Positions 31,393 to 41,777 of a DNA stretch of 64,000 nt are shown piece after piece. Location of the stretch: positions 2,880,001 through 2,944,000 of the forward strand of contig CBDDDZ010000005.1 in assembly GCA_965226795.1 (NCBI GenBank), in the 5' to 3' direction. Numbering within the stretch: the stretch's first letter is position 1; each line of letters begins with the position of its first letter. The position numbers and the translations under genes are program-made. The notes below the pieces were generated by a model that saw only the letters and a list, made by a program, of their open reading frames with translations, made no database searches and was not told the DNA's origin. This DNA is from Candidatus Latescibacterota bacterium (GTDB taxonomy: Bacteria; Latescibacterota; UBA2968; GCA-2709665).

Positions 31393-31424
31393 AATGTCAG
31401 TGTATATGATATATTTCTGACATT
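31393..31424. promoter_or_regulatory. Probable AbiEi operator inverted repeat
   Basis: AATGTCAG-N16-CTGACATT immediately upstream of the antitoxin ATG. Confidence 0.55.
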
Positions 31425-31437
31425 CAAGAGGTGGATC

Positions 31438-32034
31438 ATGTCCAGCCTGCCGAAACGGATTACGAGACTCGCCGCCGAGTCACCGGAAGGCGCACTGCTG
31501 TCCCCAAGTGCTCTTCTTCACTTGGGAACCCGCGCGGCAATCGACCAGGCGTTGTCCCGACTTGCCCGCAAAGGGGAACTTCTGCGGGTCTGCCAGGGCG
31601 TCTATGTCCGGCCGATTCAGACCCGATTCGGTCCTCGTCCGCCTGCCGTTGAGAAAGTGATCGCATCGCTGTCCGCCCTCTGGGGTGAGACGATTGTGCC
31701 CTGTGGGGGCGCAGCGGCGAACGCCCTTGGACTCACCACACAGGTGCCGGTGCGGCCGGTTTATCTGACCTCGGGCCCTGGTCGCAGGCTGTACCTGGGT
31801 AAGTTGGCAGTGGAACTGCGCCATGCTCCGCGTTGGCAGCTGGCAGCGCCGCACCGACCCGCCGGCGAGGTGGTTCGCGCCCTGTCATGGCTGGGTCCGG
31901 ACGAAGTTGAGGCGGGCTTAGGCGTGATTGGGCGCAAGCTCTCAGCCGAAGACCTTAGGGAGTTGGCCGCATCGCGTGCTGTAATGCCGGCATGGATGGC
32001 AGAACCCGTGAGCGCAATGGTTGCCAATGGCTGA
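31438..32034 (+). CDS. abiEi: Type IV TA antitoxin AbiEi (DUF6088-like)
   Basis: AIDQALSRLARKGELLRVCQGVY (winged HTH) and AANALGLTTQVP..YLTSG. Confidence 0.88.
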   Translation: MSSLPKRITRLAAESPEGALLSPSALLHLGTRAAIDQALSRLARKGELLRVCQGVYVRPIQTRFGPRPPAVEKVIASLSALWGETIVPCGGAAANALGLTTQVPVRPVYLTSGPGRRLYLGKLAVELRHAPRWQLAAPHRPAGEVVRALSWLGPDEVEAGLGVIGRKLSAEDLRELAASRAVMPAWMAEPVSAMVANG

Positions 32035-33043
32035 CACACCGTTTCAATCCCTCTCCCCGGACGACCGGCGGGATGCCCTGAACGTGGCCGCCAGCCTCAG
32101 TGGGAGGAGTACCCATCTCCTGGAGAAGGACATATGGGTAGTGCATACGTTACGCGCCCTGATGGAGAGTCCTTACGGTAGAGACCTGACCTTCAAGGGA
32201 GGCACCTCTCTGGCCAAGGCGTATCATGCCATCCGTCGATTCTCGGAAGACCTTGACATCACCTATGGCATCCGAGCCATCGCTGCCGACCTCGTGGAAG
32301 GCTATGGGGAAGATGCACTGCCATCCACGCGCAGTCAGGAACGGAAGTGGACGCGGGAAATTAGACGGCGCTTGGCCGAGTGGGTGGAAAATCATGCGCG
32401 GCCCAACATTGAGTCTAACCTGTTTGAGTCCGGCCTTTCCGCACGGATACGTGCCGACGGAGACCGGATATTCGTCAGTTATGAGCCCCTGTTCCCAGAT
32501 TACGGATTCGTAAGCCCGGAGGTGTCGGTGGAGTTTGGGGGGCGTTCCACCGGGGAGCCTCGCGAAGAACGTCCTATAACGTGCGATGCGGCGCCATATG
32601 TATCGGAAGTCGCATTCCCCTCGACCCATACTCTTGTCATGTTGCCTGAGCGTACCTTCTGGGAGAAGGCCACAGCCGTACACGTTTTTTGCCGCCAACA
32701 ACGAAGCCGAGGTGAGCGGCTCTCCCGGCACTGGCATGACCTCTTCCACCTGGACGACGCGGGTTTCGTCGAAAGGTCGCTCGTCGACCGAGCCCTGGCA
32801 ATGTCGGTAGCACGACACAAGGCGATGTTCTTCCGCGAGAAGGACGCCGCAGGGAGTTGGATCGACTACGAGGCTGCGGTATCTGGTGCATTGCAGTTGG
32901 TGCCGCATGGACTGGCATATGAGGCGCTGGCTGACGACTACGGAAAGATGCTCAGCGATGGGATGTTGCTTGAAGACGAAGAGCGATTCGAGGCCATAGT
33001 GGACAGATGCGCCGAAATCGAGACGAGGGCGAATCGAAGGTAA
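32027..33043 (+). CDS. abiEii: Type IV TA toxin AbiEii nucleotidyltransferase
   Basis: LEKD, FKGGTSL, RFSEDLD, ERTFWEK, RHWHD. Confidence 0.92.
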   Translation: MADTPFQSLSPDDRRDALNVAASLSGRSTHLLEKDIWVVHTLRALMESPYGRDLTFKGGTSLAKAYHAIRRFSEDLDITYGIRAIAADLVEGYGEDALPSTRSQERKWTREIRRRLAEWVENHARPNIESNLFESGLSARIRADGDRIFVSYEPLFPDYGFVSPEVSVEFGGRSTGEPREERPITCDAAPYVSEVAFPSTHTLVMLPERTFWEKATAVHVFCRQQRSRGERLSRHWHDLFHLDDAGFVERSLVDRALAMSVARHKAMFFREKDAAGSWIDYEAAVSGALQLVPHGLAYEALADDYGKMLSDGMLLEDEERFEAIVDRCAEIETRANRR

Positions 33044-33065
33044 GCATAACTGATGTATAGACAAA

Positions 33066-33250
33066 TCTCGGCCCCAATGCCGGGGAACTCCTCGCCGAAG
33101 CCGTCCTCGGCGTTGAAATGGCCGCGGTCGCCGAAGACCTGGCGCACACGATTCATCCTCACCCTTCCCTATCCGAATCCCTGGGCATCGCCGCCGAGAT
33201 CCACCTGGGTACCGCGACCGACCTGTACATTCCCAAAAAGAGATAGCGTT
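33066..33250 (+). repeat. Diverged second copy of the last 58 codons and stop of lpdA (matches about 30854-31039)
   Basis: Encodes GPNAGELLAEAVLG...TDLYIPKKR*. A manual codon alignment gives 19 differences in 177 nt, 18 of them synonymous. Confidence 0.95.
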
Positions 33251-33437
33251 TTAAAGGCACCCCCATACTTACTTACCCCTCTTTCCCCCATCGTTCACCC
33301 ACGGGTAGATAAATACAAAGAAGCCAACACAATTGAGTAAGGAAGATCCTCACGAGACGGCGCGTAGGGAAGCACAAGCGATTCTTAATAATAAATATGA
33401 TGAGGGATATGTTTGGTGATACAAGGAGGATAGGTCT

Positions 33438-34106
33438 ATGAAAATTTATCTTTTTTGCCTAATTATTGGGCTGGTGAGTTTGCCCAATTGTATCTTGGCG
33501 GAGGAAATTGAACCTATTCCTGGAGATTTAAATTTAGATGGTACAGTAGACTTTGCCGATTTTGTTATATTTGCACAGAATTTTGGTAAGACTGTCCCAC
33601 CGCCAGAAGAAGTGAAGTGGGCGGCCATGGCTAAAGAGTTATTGGGTTTCTGGCGTTTTGATGGTCAGGATCGACAGTATTATTTCATTATAGGAGAAAC
33701 GCGATTACCGAGTCGAGAAATGGCTGATATAGTGCCCTTGGCTTATGGAATTACAAATAAAGGAGGTTCGGCGTTAGCGGGATATACGCCTGGAATAGAG
33801 AAGTATACGATACTTTACAGACCTTCAGAAACATCCACTGTTTATGTTGCTATTTTCTTTGAATTGGTTTTTGACGATAACCAAATCAGACCATTTGGAA
33901 CAATCGTACATATATAGAGTGACGGCGATATAATTCTTAATTCTGAGTTTATAGAAGGGTCCAGTATACGTGGTATCGATGTATTGAAGGATGAGAATGA
34001 ATTTTTGCTTAGTAAGGATTGGTTGCCCAAGGTTGATGCATCGTCTATTCAAACTGAACAAGAATTATTCAGGCATTTTCAAAGAATAATTCCCCTCATT
34101 AAATAG
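33438..34106 (+). pseudogene. AT-rich exported protein with an N-terminal dockerin-like EF-hand and an internal TAG
   Basis: GGAG RBS, signal peptide, GDLNLDGTVDFADFVIFAQNFG. After the TAG at 33915-33917 the same frame stays open for 62 more codons, ending at TAG TAA (34104-34109). Confidence 0.65.
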
Positions 34107-34187
34107 TAAAGGATGATCACAAATATGTTAATTTTACTGCTATTGATGCCGACTTCCGCTCACTGCGATACCATCGGGAAGAATCTA

Positions 34188-35651
34188 GTGTTATGTCCCT
34201 AAAATAACCTGGTTAATTCTTGAAGTTGTCCTATGTTCTCTCTAAACATTTTTGCACCTTTCAATAAAGGAGAGAGCCATGGGACGTGGTCGCCCTCGAA
34301 AGCCGATTGTGTTGAGTGCTGAGGTCCGTGAGGAACTGACGTCACTTTCACGGTCTCGTACGTTGTCGCATGGTCTCGTGCGACGCGCCAATATCATCTT
34401 GATGAGCGTCGAAGGTCTCAGTAACCGTGTGATTGCCGAAAAAGTCGGGCTGAGCCAGCAGAGTGTCGTCACCTGGCGTAACCGCTTTCTAGTGTTATGT
34501 CCCACCTGGTTAATTCTTGAAGTTGTCCTATGTTCTCTCTAAACATTTTTGCACCTTTCAATAAAGGAGAGAGCCATGGGACGTGGTCGCCCTCGAAAGC
34601 CGATTGTGTTGAGTGCTGAGGTCCGAACTGACGTCACTTTCACGGTCTCGTACGTTGTCGCATGGTCTCGTGCGACGCGCCAATATCATCTTGATGAGCG
34701 TCGAAGGTCTCAGTAACCGTGTGATTGCCGAAAAAGTCGGGCTGAGCCAGCGAGTGTCGTCACCTGGCGTAACCGCTTTCTCCAGCAGATTAATGGGTCT
34801 GTACGATGAACGCCGTTCGGGCAGACCACGCACCGTCGAGGCCGAGGAGATCACAGCGCTGGAAGACGCTCACCACAAAACCCGAAGATGGCAGCACCCA
34901 ATGGACGTGTCGATCCATCGCTGTCGAAACGAAGATATCCAAATCCGAGGTGCAACGTATCTGGTCCACATTGGGGATTGCGCCACACCGGCAGAAGCAC
35001 TTCAAGCTATCCAACGATCCCTTCTTCACTGAAAAAGTGCACGACATCGTCGGACTGTATCTGGACCCACCCGATTGTGCGATGGTGCTTTGTGTCGACG
35101 AGAAAAGCCAGACGCAGGCGTTGGAACGTACCCAACCGCTTTTGCCGATGGGGCTGGGATACGTGGAGGGCGTGACGCACGATTACGTCCGCCACGGTAC
35201 CACGACGTTGTTCGCCGCCCTGGACATTGCCTCAGGCGAGGTTTTGACGCAATGCAAGCGCAGGCACCGCCACCAGGAGTTTTTACAGTTTCTCAACCAC
35301 ATCGACCAAAACATACCTGAAGATCTCGATGTACACTTAATCGTCGACAACTATTGTACGCACAAACACACCAAGGTGAAACGATGGCTTTCAAAAAGAC
35401 CCAGATACCACCTTCACTTTACTCCCACATACGCATCCTGGCTCAACCAAGTCGAGATCTGGTTCAATATCATCACACAGAAAGCCATCAGGCGGGGCTC
35501 CTTCAGATCCGTGAGAGAACTCATCGACAGAATCCAAACCTTCACCGACAACTACAACAAGACGTCGAAGCCATTCGTCTGGACCGCCACCGCAGTATCC
35601 ATCCTCCAGAAAATCGAACGATTATGTAAATCTATTTCTGGGACATGACAC
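34188..35651 (+). mobile_element. IS630-family insertion sequence with a duplicated left end and a frameshifted transposase
   Basis: IRL GTGTTATGTCCC and IRR GGGACATGACAC; TA duplicated at 34186-87 and 35652-53; CVDEK, IVDN and NQVE DDE motifs. About 300 bp of the left end repeats from 34492. Confidence 0.92.
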
Positions 35652-35743
35652 TAGATCAATATATGGGTAAGTCGTATGATGAGTTGAAAATTATCTTTAA
35701 TGGCGATTTTCCTTATTTTTATTCACCAGAACGTGAATACAGA

Positions 35744-36000
35744 TTCAAGCATTTAGGTTATTATAAGGGTCGGCGGTGTGGTGTCTTATTTACATTTGAT
35801 GACAAAAAACGTGTTGTTGTGGTTGATGCTGTTGGTCCAGGGTGTTATGATAATTGGAAGGGTCGATCTGAAACGGAGCTGAAGACGATTCCTGTTGATT
35901 CCATATTATCAAAATTAAGTTATAGAAATGTTGCAGATGTTGTAAGGCTTTTCAAGCATTTAGGTTATTATAAGGGTCGGCGGTGTGGTGTCTTATTTAC
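35744..36000 (+). repeat. Exact 50-bp direct repeat (35744-35793 and 35951-36000)
   Basis: TTCAAGCATTTAGGTTATTATAAGGGTCGGCGGTGTGGTGTCTTATTTAC occurs twice. Confidence 0.95.
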
Positions 36001-36325
36001 GGTATGTATGTTTTATCTCTTGGTTCGTGTGCAGGTGAAACGATGGGCTATACTTTGGATAGGAAATTTACACTATATTCTGGTGCATACGAAATGCTGA
36101 AGGAATTTCGTCTAAGTAAATGTGGTTTTACTGTTAGATATAATAAGGGCATCATAAACGATGTTCAATTAACCAGGAACAATGCCTGTGTTTATGAGTA
36201 CTATCCGAATGAGCTTTTGAACGGGATTATTCACGGCAAGTATTAATTACATGGTCGGTTAGTGGAGAAGATACGGTATCGAGCCCTGGTATGAATTAAC
36301 CGCGGGCTTATTTCCGGACGGCACA

Positions 36326-39300
36326 TCATTTCATCAGCACCATCTTCCTTACCGCCGTGAACTCGCTGCCGTTCACCACCAGACGGCTGCAGTAGACGCC
36401 GCTGGACACTTCCCTCCCCGAGTCATCCCTCCCGTCCCAGGCGACCTGGTAATATCCGGCCTGCCGGTTTCCCTCGGCCAGCACACGGACCCGTTGACCC
36501 AGCAGATTGTAGACGATCAGCGAGATTTCACCGGCCTCGGGCAGCTGGTATGAGATCTGGCACTCGATGTTGAAGGGGTTGGGGAAATTCTGATGCAGGG
36601 CATATTCCCCTGGCTCGGCCGGTGCATCTCGCATGAAGCTACCACCGATCTTCCATCCCGTCACGTCGCCCCGGTCGGTCCCGACCACCACGCCGTCTCC
36701 CAGTCTCAGAATATGGGTCGGCTTCCCCGAGACCTTTCCCAGACCCCGGACCTCCCCGGATCCGTCCAATACGACGACGCTGCCGTCCTCGCAGCCGGTC
36801 ACGACCCAGGACGCGTCATATGCGCGCAGAAACGCCAGCACGGTGGGCGGGCTGGGAAGCCGGCGAGTCCACACACGGTTGCACCGCGCATCCAGCGCGA
36901 CCACGAGTCCCTTCGACGTCGCCGCAAGAATCTCCTTCTTCCCGTCTCCGTCCAGGTCGCCGATGTCCAGGTCGCGAATATTCTGTGCAGGGATCGGATT
37001 CCCCGGTCCAAAATTCGCGTTATAAAGAGGTGCGCCGTTCTCACGCCACACGCTCACCCTGTTCCACGTGCCGTTGATCTCGCTGACCACCTCTCTCGTC
37101 CCGTCTGCGTCCAGATCTTCGTAGAAGATGTGTTTCCGGCTCATCGAGGCCCATCCGCCAATATACGTGTGGCCTGCCGGAACCCCGGCAAACCTGCCAC
37201 GTATCACGTCGCTCGTTCGGCTGTTTACCAGCGAGAGCGCATGCGAATCCGTGGGCTGACGCGCGATCAGGAGATCGACGCCGCCCCTGGGACTCTCGAT
37301 CAGTGCGAACCGGGTTCCGGGCCCCCAGAATACCGGCAGCCGCTCCACGAGTTCACCCCTGCCGTTAAGGATCTCCAGCGTACAGGCGCTTCCCACGAAT
37401 GCCTGGCTCTGTCCGTTTCGAAAGATTCCCGTATGCAACCCGTGGATCCCCTCGTGACCCGGTGCGGTCTTGAACCAGTAGGTCTTCCCGGCCTGGTAGA
37501 CCGCCGGGGCCATTTCGGACACAAACGTCCACCGGCGTCTTCCCTCCAGGTCGAATGCAATAACCTGTTCGTCCCTGCATCCGACAAGCAGCAACTGGAA
37601 AGCATCCCACCAGCGAAGCACCCGAACCGGCCCGTCCGTACCGAAAAACCGACCCTCCCGGCCATCCGATGTCAGCAGATGTACCCCTCTGTCCTCAGCG
37701 ACTCCGATCCAGGTCTTGCCTTCGGCTTCGAAGGAGATCATGTCCGTCACCGCACCGCCGATCCGTGACCTCAGAAACATAGGCGTGGGTGGGCCGTCCG
37801 GCGCTGCCGGCGTAACATGAATCTCCGCATCCCGCCGGCGCGCCGTCAGGGCCTGCGACAACAGCCCCCTGAGGCGATCGACCGTTTCGGAGAGCACAAT
37901 CGGATCTGGTGTCGCGCCTGTCAATTCATGCCTGCCCTTCGGTACATGGAACACGGCGCCGCTATCGGAAACGGAGCTCAGCGGCAGCGGAACGCCATCC
38001 AGACGGACGTCCGACGGTTCAGCGAACGCCGCGCGGATGTGTGTCTCGTCTCTTGTTGTTAGCGCCGCGGATCCAGTGCGGAAGTCCCAGTCCAGATCAA
38101 CCGGCGCATCCGATGCGAAAAGAACCGCCTCCATCCCCGCGGATTTCAGATCTTTCCCGAAGAGGTGGTCGCTGGCCAGGAGAACGATGTCGCCCTGAAT
38201 ACCGGCGTACTCTCCGCCGACGACAATGGCCGGTTCGGGAAGTCCCAGTGCCGCCGCCTGCGGCCCGAGCCGCAGGCACGCAACCGGGGCTTCAGCCGTG
38301 CCGTTCCCGGCAATCAGCGAAAAGAACGCGCGCTCCTCACCGGACGAAACGGAGCCCGTCCACACCAGGAATGCCGTTCTTCTATTGAGTACAATCTCAA
38401 CCGGGTCGGAGGCGCGGATCCCGAAACGGGTACCGCCACTCTCGATGTACGACTCGCCACCCGATGAAATCGAACGCCATCGTCCCTGTCCCGTCCATTC
38501 GGTCCTCACTTCGAGATTCGCGCTGTCCACCCGGAATTTCAGTCGATCCACAAACAACGCATACCTGCCCACGCGTTGTACCAGGGCGCGACGCCAACTG
38601 CAGAATGCCGCATCGGACACCTCGGCGACGGCCACGGCCGTCCGGCCCAACACATCCCGATAGCGAAGCGCCGCGTCCATTGGGCTGTGCGGCTCCACCA
38701 GCCCGTCCGCCCCGGTCAGCACCTGATTTCCGTACCCCTCGAGTACAGTCTCCCCATCCAGGCGGAGTTCCAGAACCGCGTACGAGTGGTAGGGATTTCG
38801 GGACGCCCCGTTCAATCCGTCGATCAGGATAAAATCGCCCGTCGCGTCGGTTGTGCTTCGAAAGCTCCCGAATTGAAACGAGTCCGACAGCGGCAACCCG
38901 CTCCCGCGTCGTTTCCACAGGGTCTCCGGCAACTCGAGAATACTCCATTTGAGGGTAAGATCGGTCGGTTGCTCCGGAACAAGGTCCGGCTCCGGCCAGA
39001 ACGACTGGCCCAGCCGGAACCCGTCCAGGTCCAATCCGGTCCGGCGCGTGTATTCCAGATATCGCCCGTCTCCCATGAGATACGCGGCTTTGTGGAGATA
39101 TCCGATGGAAGCGTAACGAAGAGCCCAGTCCGGTTCGCGGCCGGATATCAGCATCTCCTGCCCGCGCAGCAGCGTCTCCAGAACGCCGTTCCGCAACGCC
39201 GCCCGATCTCCCGAAATCAGCATATACGTGAAAATCGGGGCAATGCCCGTACTGTACCAATACAGATTGTCGGCTTCGCCCATCACCCATGCGTGGTTAC

Positions 39301-40444
39301 GCAATGGAGAGAATTGCCATTCAGCCGCCCACATGCAGTGCTTCCAGAGCGGGTGCGGGTAATCCTTCTGAAAGTACCGTCCGAGGCAGTAGAGCGCGAT
39401 GGCCGCCCATTGGTGATGCCGGGTACCTACTGCGGAGGGCGGCGTGTCATATGCCTCTCTGCCCATATCCAGGTTTCGTACGATCAAGGCCGTCCGGCTC
39501 TGGCCATAGGGGTCATGCGAAAACTGCTGCGCAAATGCGTTGGTGATCCTCAATCGCTGTTCGTCCGTGAAGACCGGGCTTTCCTCGATCAGATCCCAGT
39601 ACAGGATCAACATATGCGCGGTGTAATGGTACGGGCCGCTGAGGGGCTGATCTTTATTCTCGATCCTTTCACCGTCGATCGACGCAATCCGGGCCTTCGC
39701 CTCCGCGTCGGGAAAGGCCAGCCGCAGAAACTCCCGCGCATGGTGTTCTTCACCGGTCATATAGTACATCGCCATATGCTTGCTGATGCTGTTCCAGCCG
39801 AAATACCCCACGGACCGGTAACCCGCGGAGGCCTCCCAGGTCTCGAAATCCTGAAGCTTCTCCGGTACCTGCATCCCGTTTCCAAGACGGATTTCCACCA
39901 GCCAGCCGACCGACAGGCCTGCTCCACCGCCGGGAACTCCGGCAAGCTTTCGAATAAGCACATCGGTCGCCAGACCCACGCCGGCGGCATCGCTCCCACC
40001 GACTGCAATCACATTGCGCCCGTTCCCGAAGGGATTGTGGAGAGACCGCACAACGTAGCCGTCAGGTCCGGGATATTTCAGGTCCAGCAGTGTGTAATAG
40101 CGATCGTACAGCCCCGCAATGGTGCGATTCGTGGACCTGTTGCCGAGCACAATCAGGTTTTCCGAAATTGGCACGGACCCGGCAGGTGAATCGTCCCGCG
40201 CCACCGGTACCTCCACCCCGGTCCGGGCGAGAATCGCCCGCTGGATTCGCACCGCGTCGGTGTCGTAGATTCCGCTTGAGGGAACCACGATAGTGGCGGC
40301 TGCCCGCCCGTTCTCCACCAGGACGGTGGTCAGGTGCAGATCTTTAAGGTCGAGGTATACGGGAGGGATTGGCGCGGAGTTTGCGTACAGGGGCGTTGCA
40401 GAGGGTGCGAAGAGAAGGAGAAGGGCAACCACGCGCGGGTACAT
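36326..40444 (-). CDS. Large secreted protein with a heparinase II/III / lyase-like core, an FG-GAP/PQQ-like propeller and a C-terminal FlgD-Ig (T9SS-like) sorting domain
   Basis: Signal peptide from MYPRVV; NLIVLGN...PGPDGYVVRS N-terminal domain; aromatic helical core; DLDADG and DLDGDG repeats; LHQNFPNPFN...WDGRDDSGREVSSGVY...KMVLMK. Confidence 0.7.
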   Translation of the reverse strand: MYPRVVALLLLFAPSATPLYANSAPIPPVYLDLKDLHLTTVLVENGRAAATIVVPSSGIYDTDAVRIQRAILARTGVEVPVARDDSPAGSVPISENLIVLGNRSTNRTIAGLYDRYYTLLDLKYPGPDGYVVRSLHNPFGNGRNVIAVGGSDAAGVGLATDVLIRKLAGVPGGGAGLSVGWLVEIRLGNGMQVPEKLQDFETWEASAGYRSVGYFGWNSISKHMAMYYMTGEEHHAREFLRLAFPDAEAKARIASIDGERIENKDQPLSGPYHYTAHMLILYWDLIEESPVFTDEQRLRITNAFAQQFSHDPYGQSRTALIVRNLDMGREAYDTPPSAVGTRHHQWAAIALYCLGRYFQKDYPHPLWKHCMWAAEWQFSPLRNHAWVMGEADNLYWYSTGIAPIFTYMLISGDRAALRNGVLETLLRGQEMLISGREPDWALRYASIGYLHKAAYLMGDGRYLEYTRRTGLDLDGFRLGQSFWPEPDLVPEQPTDLTLKWSILELPETLWKRRGSGLPLSDSFQFGSFRSTTDATGDFILIDGLNGASRNPYHSYAVLELRLDGETVLEGYGNQVLTGADGLVEPHSPMDAALRYRDVLGRTAVAVAEVSDAAFCSWRRALVQRVGRYALFVDRLKFRVDSANLEVRTEWTGQGRWRSISSGGESYIESGGTRFGIRASDPVEIVLNRRTAFLVWTGSVSSGEERAFFSLIAGNGTAEAPVACLRLGPQAAALGLPEPAIVVGGEYAGIQGDIVLLASDHLFGKDLKSAGMEAVLFASDAPVDLDWDFRTGSAALTTRDETHIRAAFAEPSDVRLDGVPLPLSSVSDSGAVFHVPKGRHELTGATPDPIVLSETVDRLRGLLSQALTARRRDAEIHVTPAAPDGPPTPMFLRSRIGGAVTDMISFEAEGKTWIGVAEDRGVHLLTSDGREGRFFGTDGPVRVLRWWDAFQLLLVGCRDEQVIAFDLEGRRRWTFVSEMAPAVYQAGKTYWFKTAPGHEGIHGLHTGIFRNGQSQAFVGSACTLEILNGRGELVERLPVFWGPGTRFALIESPRGGVDLLIARQPTDSHALSLVNSRTSDVIRGRFAGVPAGHTYIGGWASMSRKHIFYEDLDADGTREVVSEINGTWNRVSVWRENGAPLYNANFGPGNPIPAQNIRDLDIGDLDGDGKKEILAATSKGLVVALDARCNRVWTRRLPSPPTVLAFLRAYDASWVVTGCEDGSVVVLDGSGEVRGLGKVSGKPTHILRLGDGVVVGTDRGDVTGWKIGGSFMRDAPAEPGEYALHQNFPNPFNIECQISYQLPEAGEISLIVYNLLGQRVRVLAEGNRQAGYYQVAWDGRDDSGREVSSGVYCSRLVVNGSEFTAVRKMVLMK

Positions 40445-40689
40445 TTCCACGATCCTTTCTCGTGCCCTGAAGCGCCGTGCGGCGCGCGAGGCCGTCGATG
40501 AGCCGCGAAAACGCAAATATATGGGAATATACCCTGTTTGAGGTCGAATGTGTAGTCGTACCTTTCCATCCGTCGCGTCGACCGGGCGCGCGGGCGCCTT
40601 CGCACGGTCAATGCATGGACCCCCGACGCCTTGCATGACCGGATTCATTCGGCTATCTTTTGGTCAGAGAAGCCTGGAAAGGAGGGAAC

Positions 40690-41553
40690 ATGGAATACCG
40701 TCCGTTCGGTAATACGGGCATGCGGGGCAGCGAGGTCAGTCTGGGGGGCGCGTACATCGGCGGAACGGATCCCGAACGCGCTCGCGAGAACGCAGTCGAG
40801 ATCGTCCGCCGTGCGAACGACCTGGGAATCAACTATATCGACACCGCACCCCTATACGGAAAAAGCGAAGCGCTATTCGGCTACGCCCTCGAGGCCGCGC
40901 AATCGCACATGCACGTCGCCACGAAGGTTGGATTTGATCCCGAAAACTTCGACTATCGGCGGGATAGCGTACTTCGCAGCGTCGAACGAAGCCTCCAGCG
41001 CCTTCGTCTTTCGAAGCTCTTCTCCGTCCAGATTCACCAGGTGAGCGTAGCGGGTTGGGAGCGCATCATGGAGCGGGGCGGAACGCTCGAGGGGTTGCGA
41101 GACGCTCAAAAACGCGGCATGTGCGACCATATCGGCATTACGGACAGGGCTATCCCCCTGCTGGCGAAACTCGCCCGTACAGGGGAGTTCGATTCCCTGC
41201 TTGTCTTCCACGACTACCACCCTTATTCGCAAAAGGCCGCTGAAGAGGTCATACCGGCCGGCGCCGCAAGCCAGATGGGCATTGTCGTTGCCACCGCGCT
41301 CGCCGGCGGGCTTTTTTCCGATCCCCCCCGGCGCCGGGCCGCGCTCGAGAATCTGGAAGATCACGGGGAACGCACCAGAGCCGAGGGGATCATTGAGCGT
41401 CTCAGCAATGAACCCGGCACCGTACCCCGGAATGCATTCAGGTGTGTCCTCGCCGACTCGAGGGTCAGCACGATCTCGAGCGGAGCGGCGACCGCGGTCG
41501 AACTGGAAGACGTGGCACGCGCCTCGGAAATGGGTCCGCTCGCGTGGCGCTGA
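40690..41553 (+). CDS. Aldo/keto reductase
   Basis: YRPFGNTG, GINYIDTAPLYG.SE, VATKVG, SVERSLQRL. Confidence 0.92.
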   Translation: MEYRPFGNTGMRGSEVSLGGAYIGGTDPERARENAVEIVRRANDLGINYIDTAPLYGKSEALFGYALEAAQSHMHVATKVGFDPENFDYRRDSVLRSVERSLQRLRLSKLFSVQIHQVSVAGWERIMERGGTLEGLRDAQKRGMCDHIGITDRAIPLLAKLARTGEFDSLLVFHDYHPYSQKAAEEVIPAGAASQMGIVVATALAGGLFSDPPRRRAALENLEDHGERTRAEGIIERLSNEPGTVPRNAFRCVLADSRVSTISSGAATAVELEDVARASEMGPLAWR

Positions 41554-41777
41554 GCCGGTGGGAAACGCCAAGCGGTGACGCAGCGTGTTGCGCCGTTGGG
41601 ATTTGCACGGAACCCTTCCCCCAAGAATCGTGTCTTTCATGGGTGCGTGAATCACCATCTCAGCCCTGGTTGCGCTGTTGAATTCCGCTGTAAGCCGGGA
41701 CATGCGCTCCGAGGTGAATCCGGACAGATACTCCGGCGCTGGCGCGCCACAGCCGTTTCCGTGTGGAGGGTTGCACG

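Larger units (their letters stand above)
34125..36246 (+). pseudogene. AT-rich exported protein interrupted by the IS630 and by a 47-nt internal insertion
   Basis: MLILLLLMPTSAHCDTIGKNL joins in frame to DQYMGKSYDEL once the IS and one TA are removed. Removing 35954-36000 joins VRLF to GMYVLSLG...HGKY*. Confidence 0.7.

Noticed and set aside
30854..33250. lpdA tail duplication as a DGR, or as an XerC-integrated prophage
   Set aside because: The differences are at third codon positions and are not A-specific. There are no phage genes or dif-like site, and xerC sits in its housekeeping context.
15508..33917. Two in-frame TAG codons (ClC 15508 and 33915) as evidence of amber recoding
   Set aside because: aceE, aceF, lpdA, xerC and thiI all end at TAG in the expected place, and the ClC gene also has frameshifts. 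Nonsense mutation is the simpler explanation.
35744..36000. 50-bp repeat as a CRISPR array or a DGR template/variable pair
   Set aside because: There are only two identical copies 207 bp apart, no adenine-specific differences, and no cas or reverse transcriptase gene in the window.
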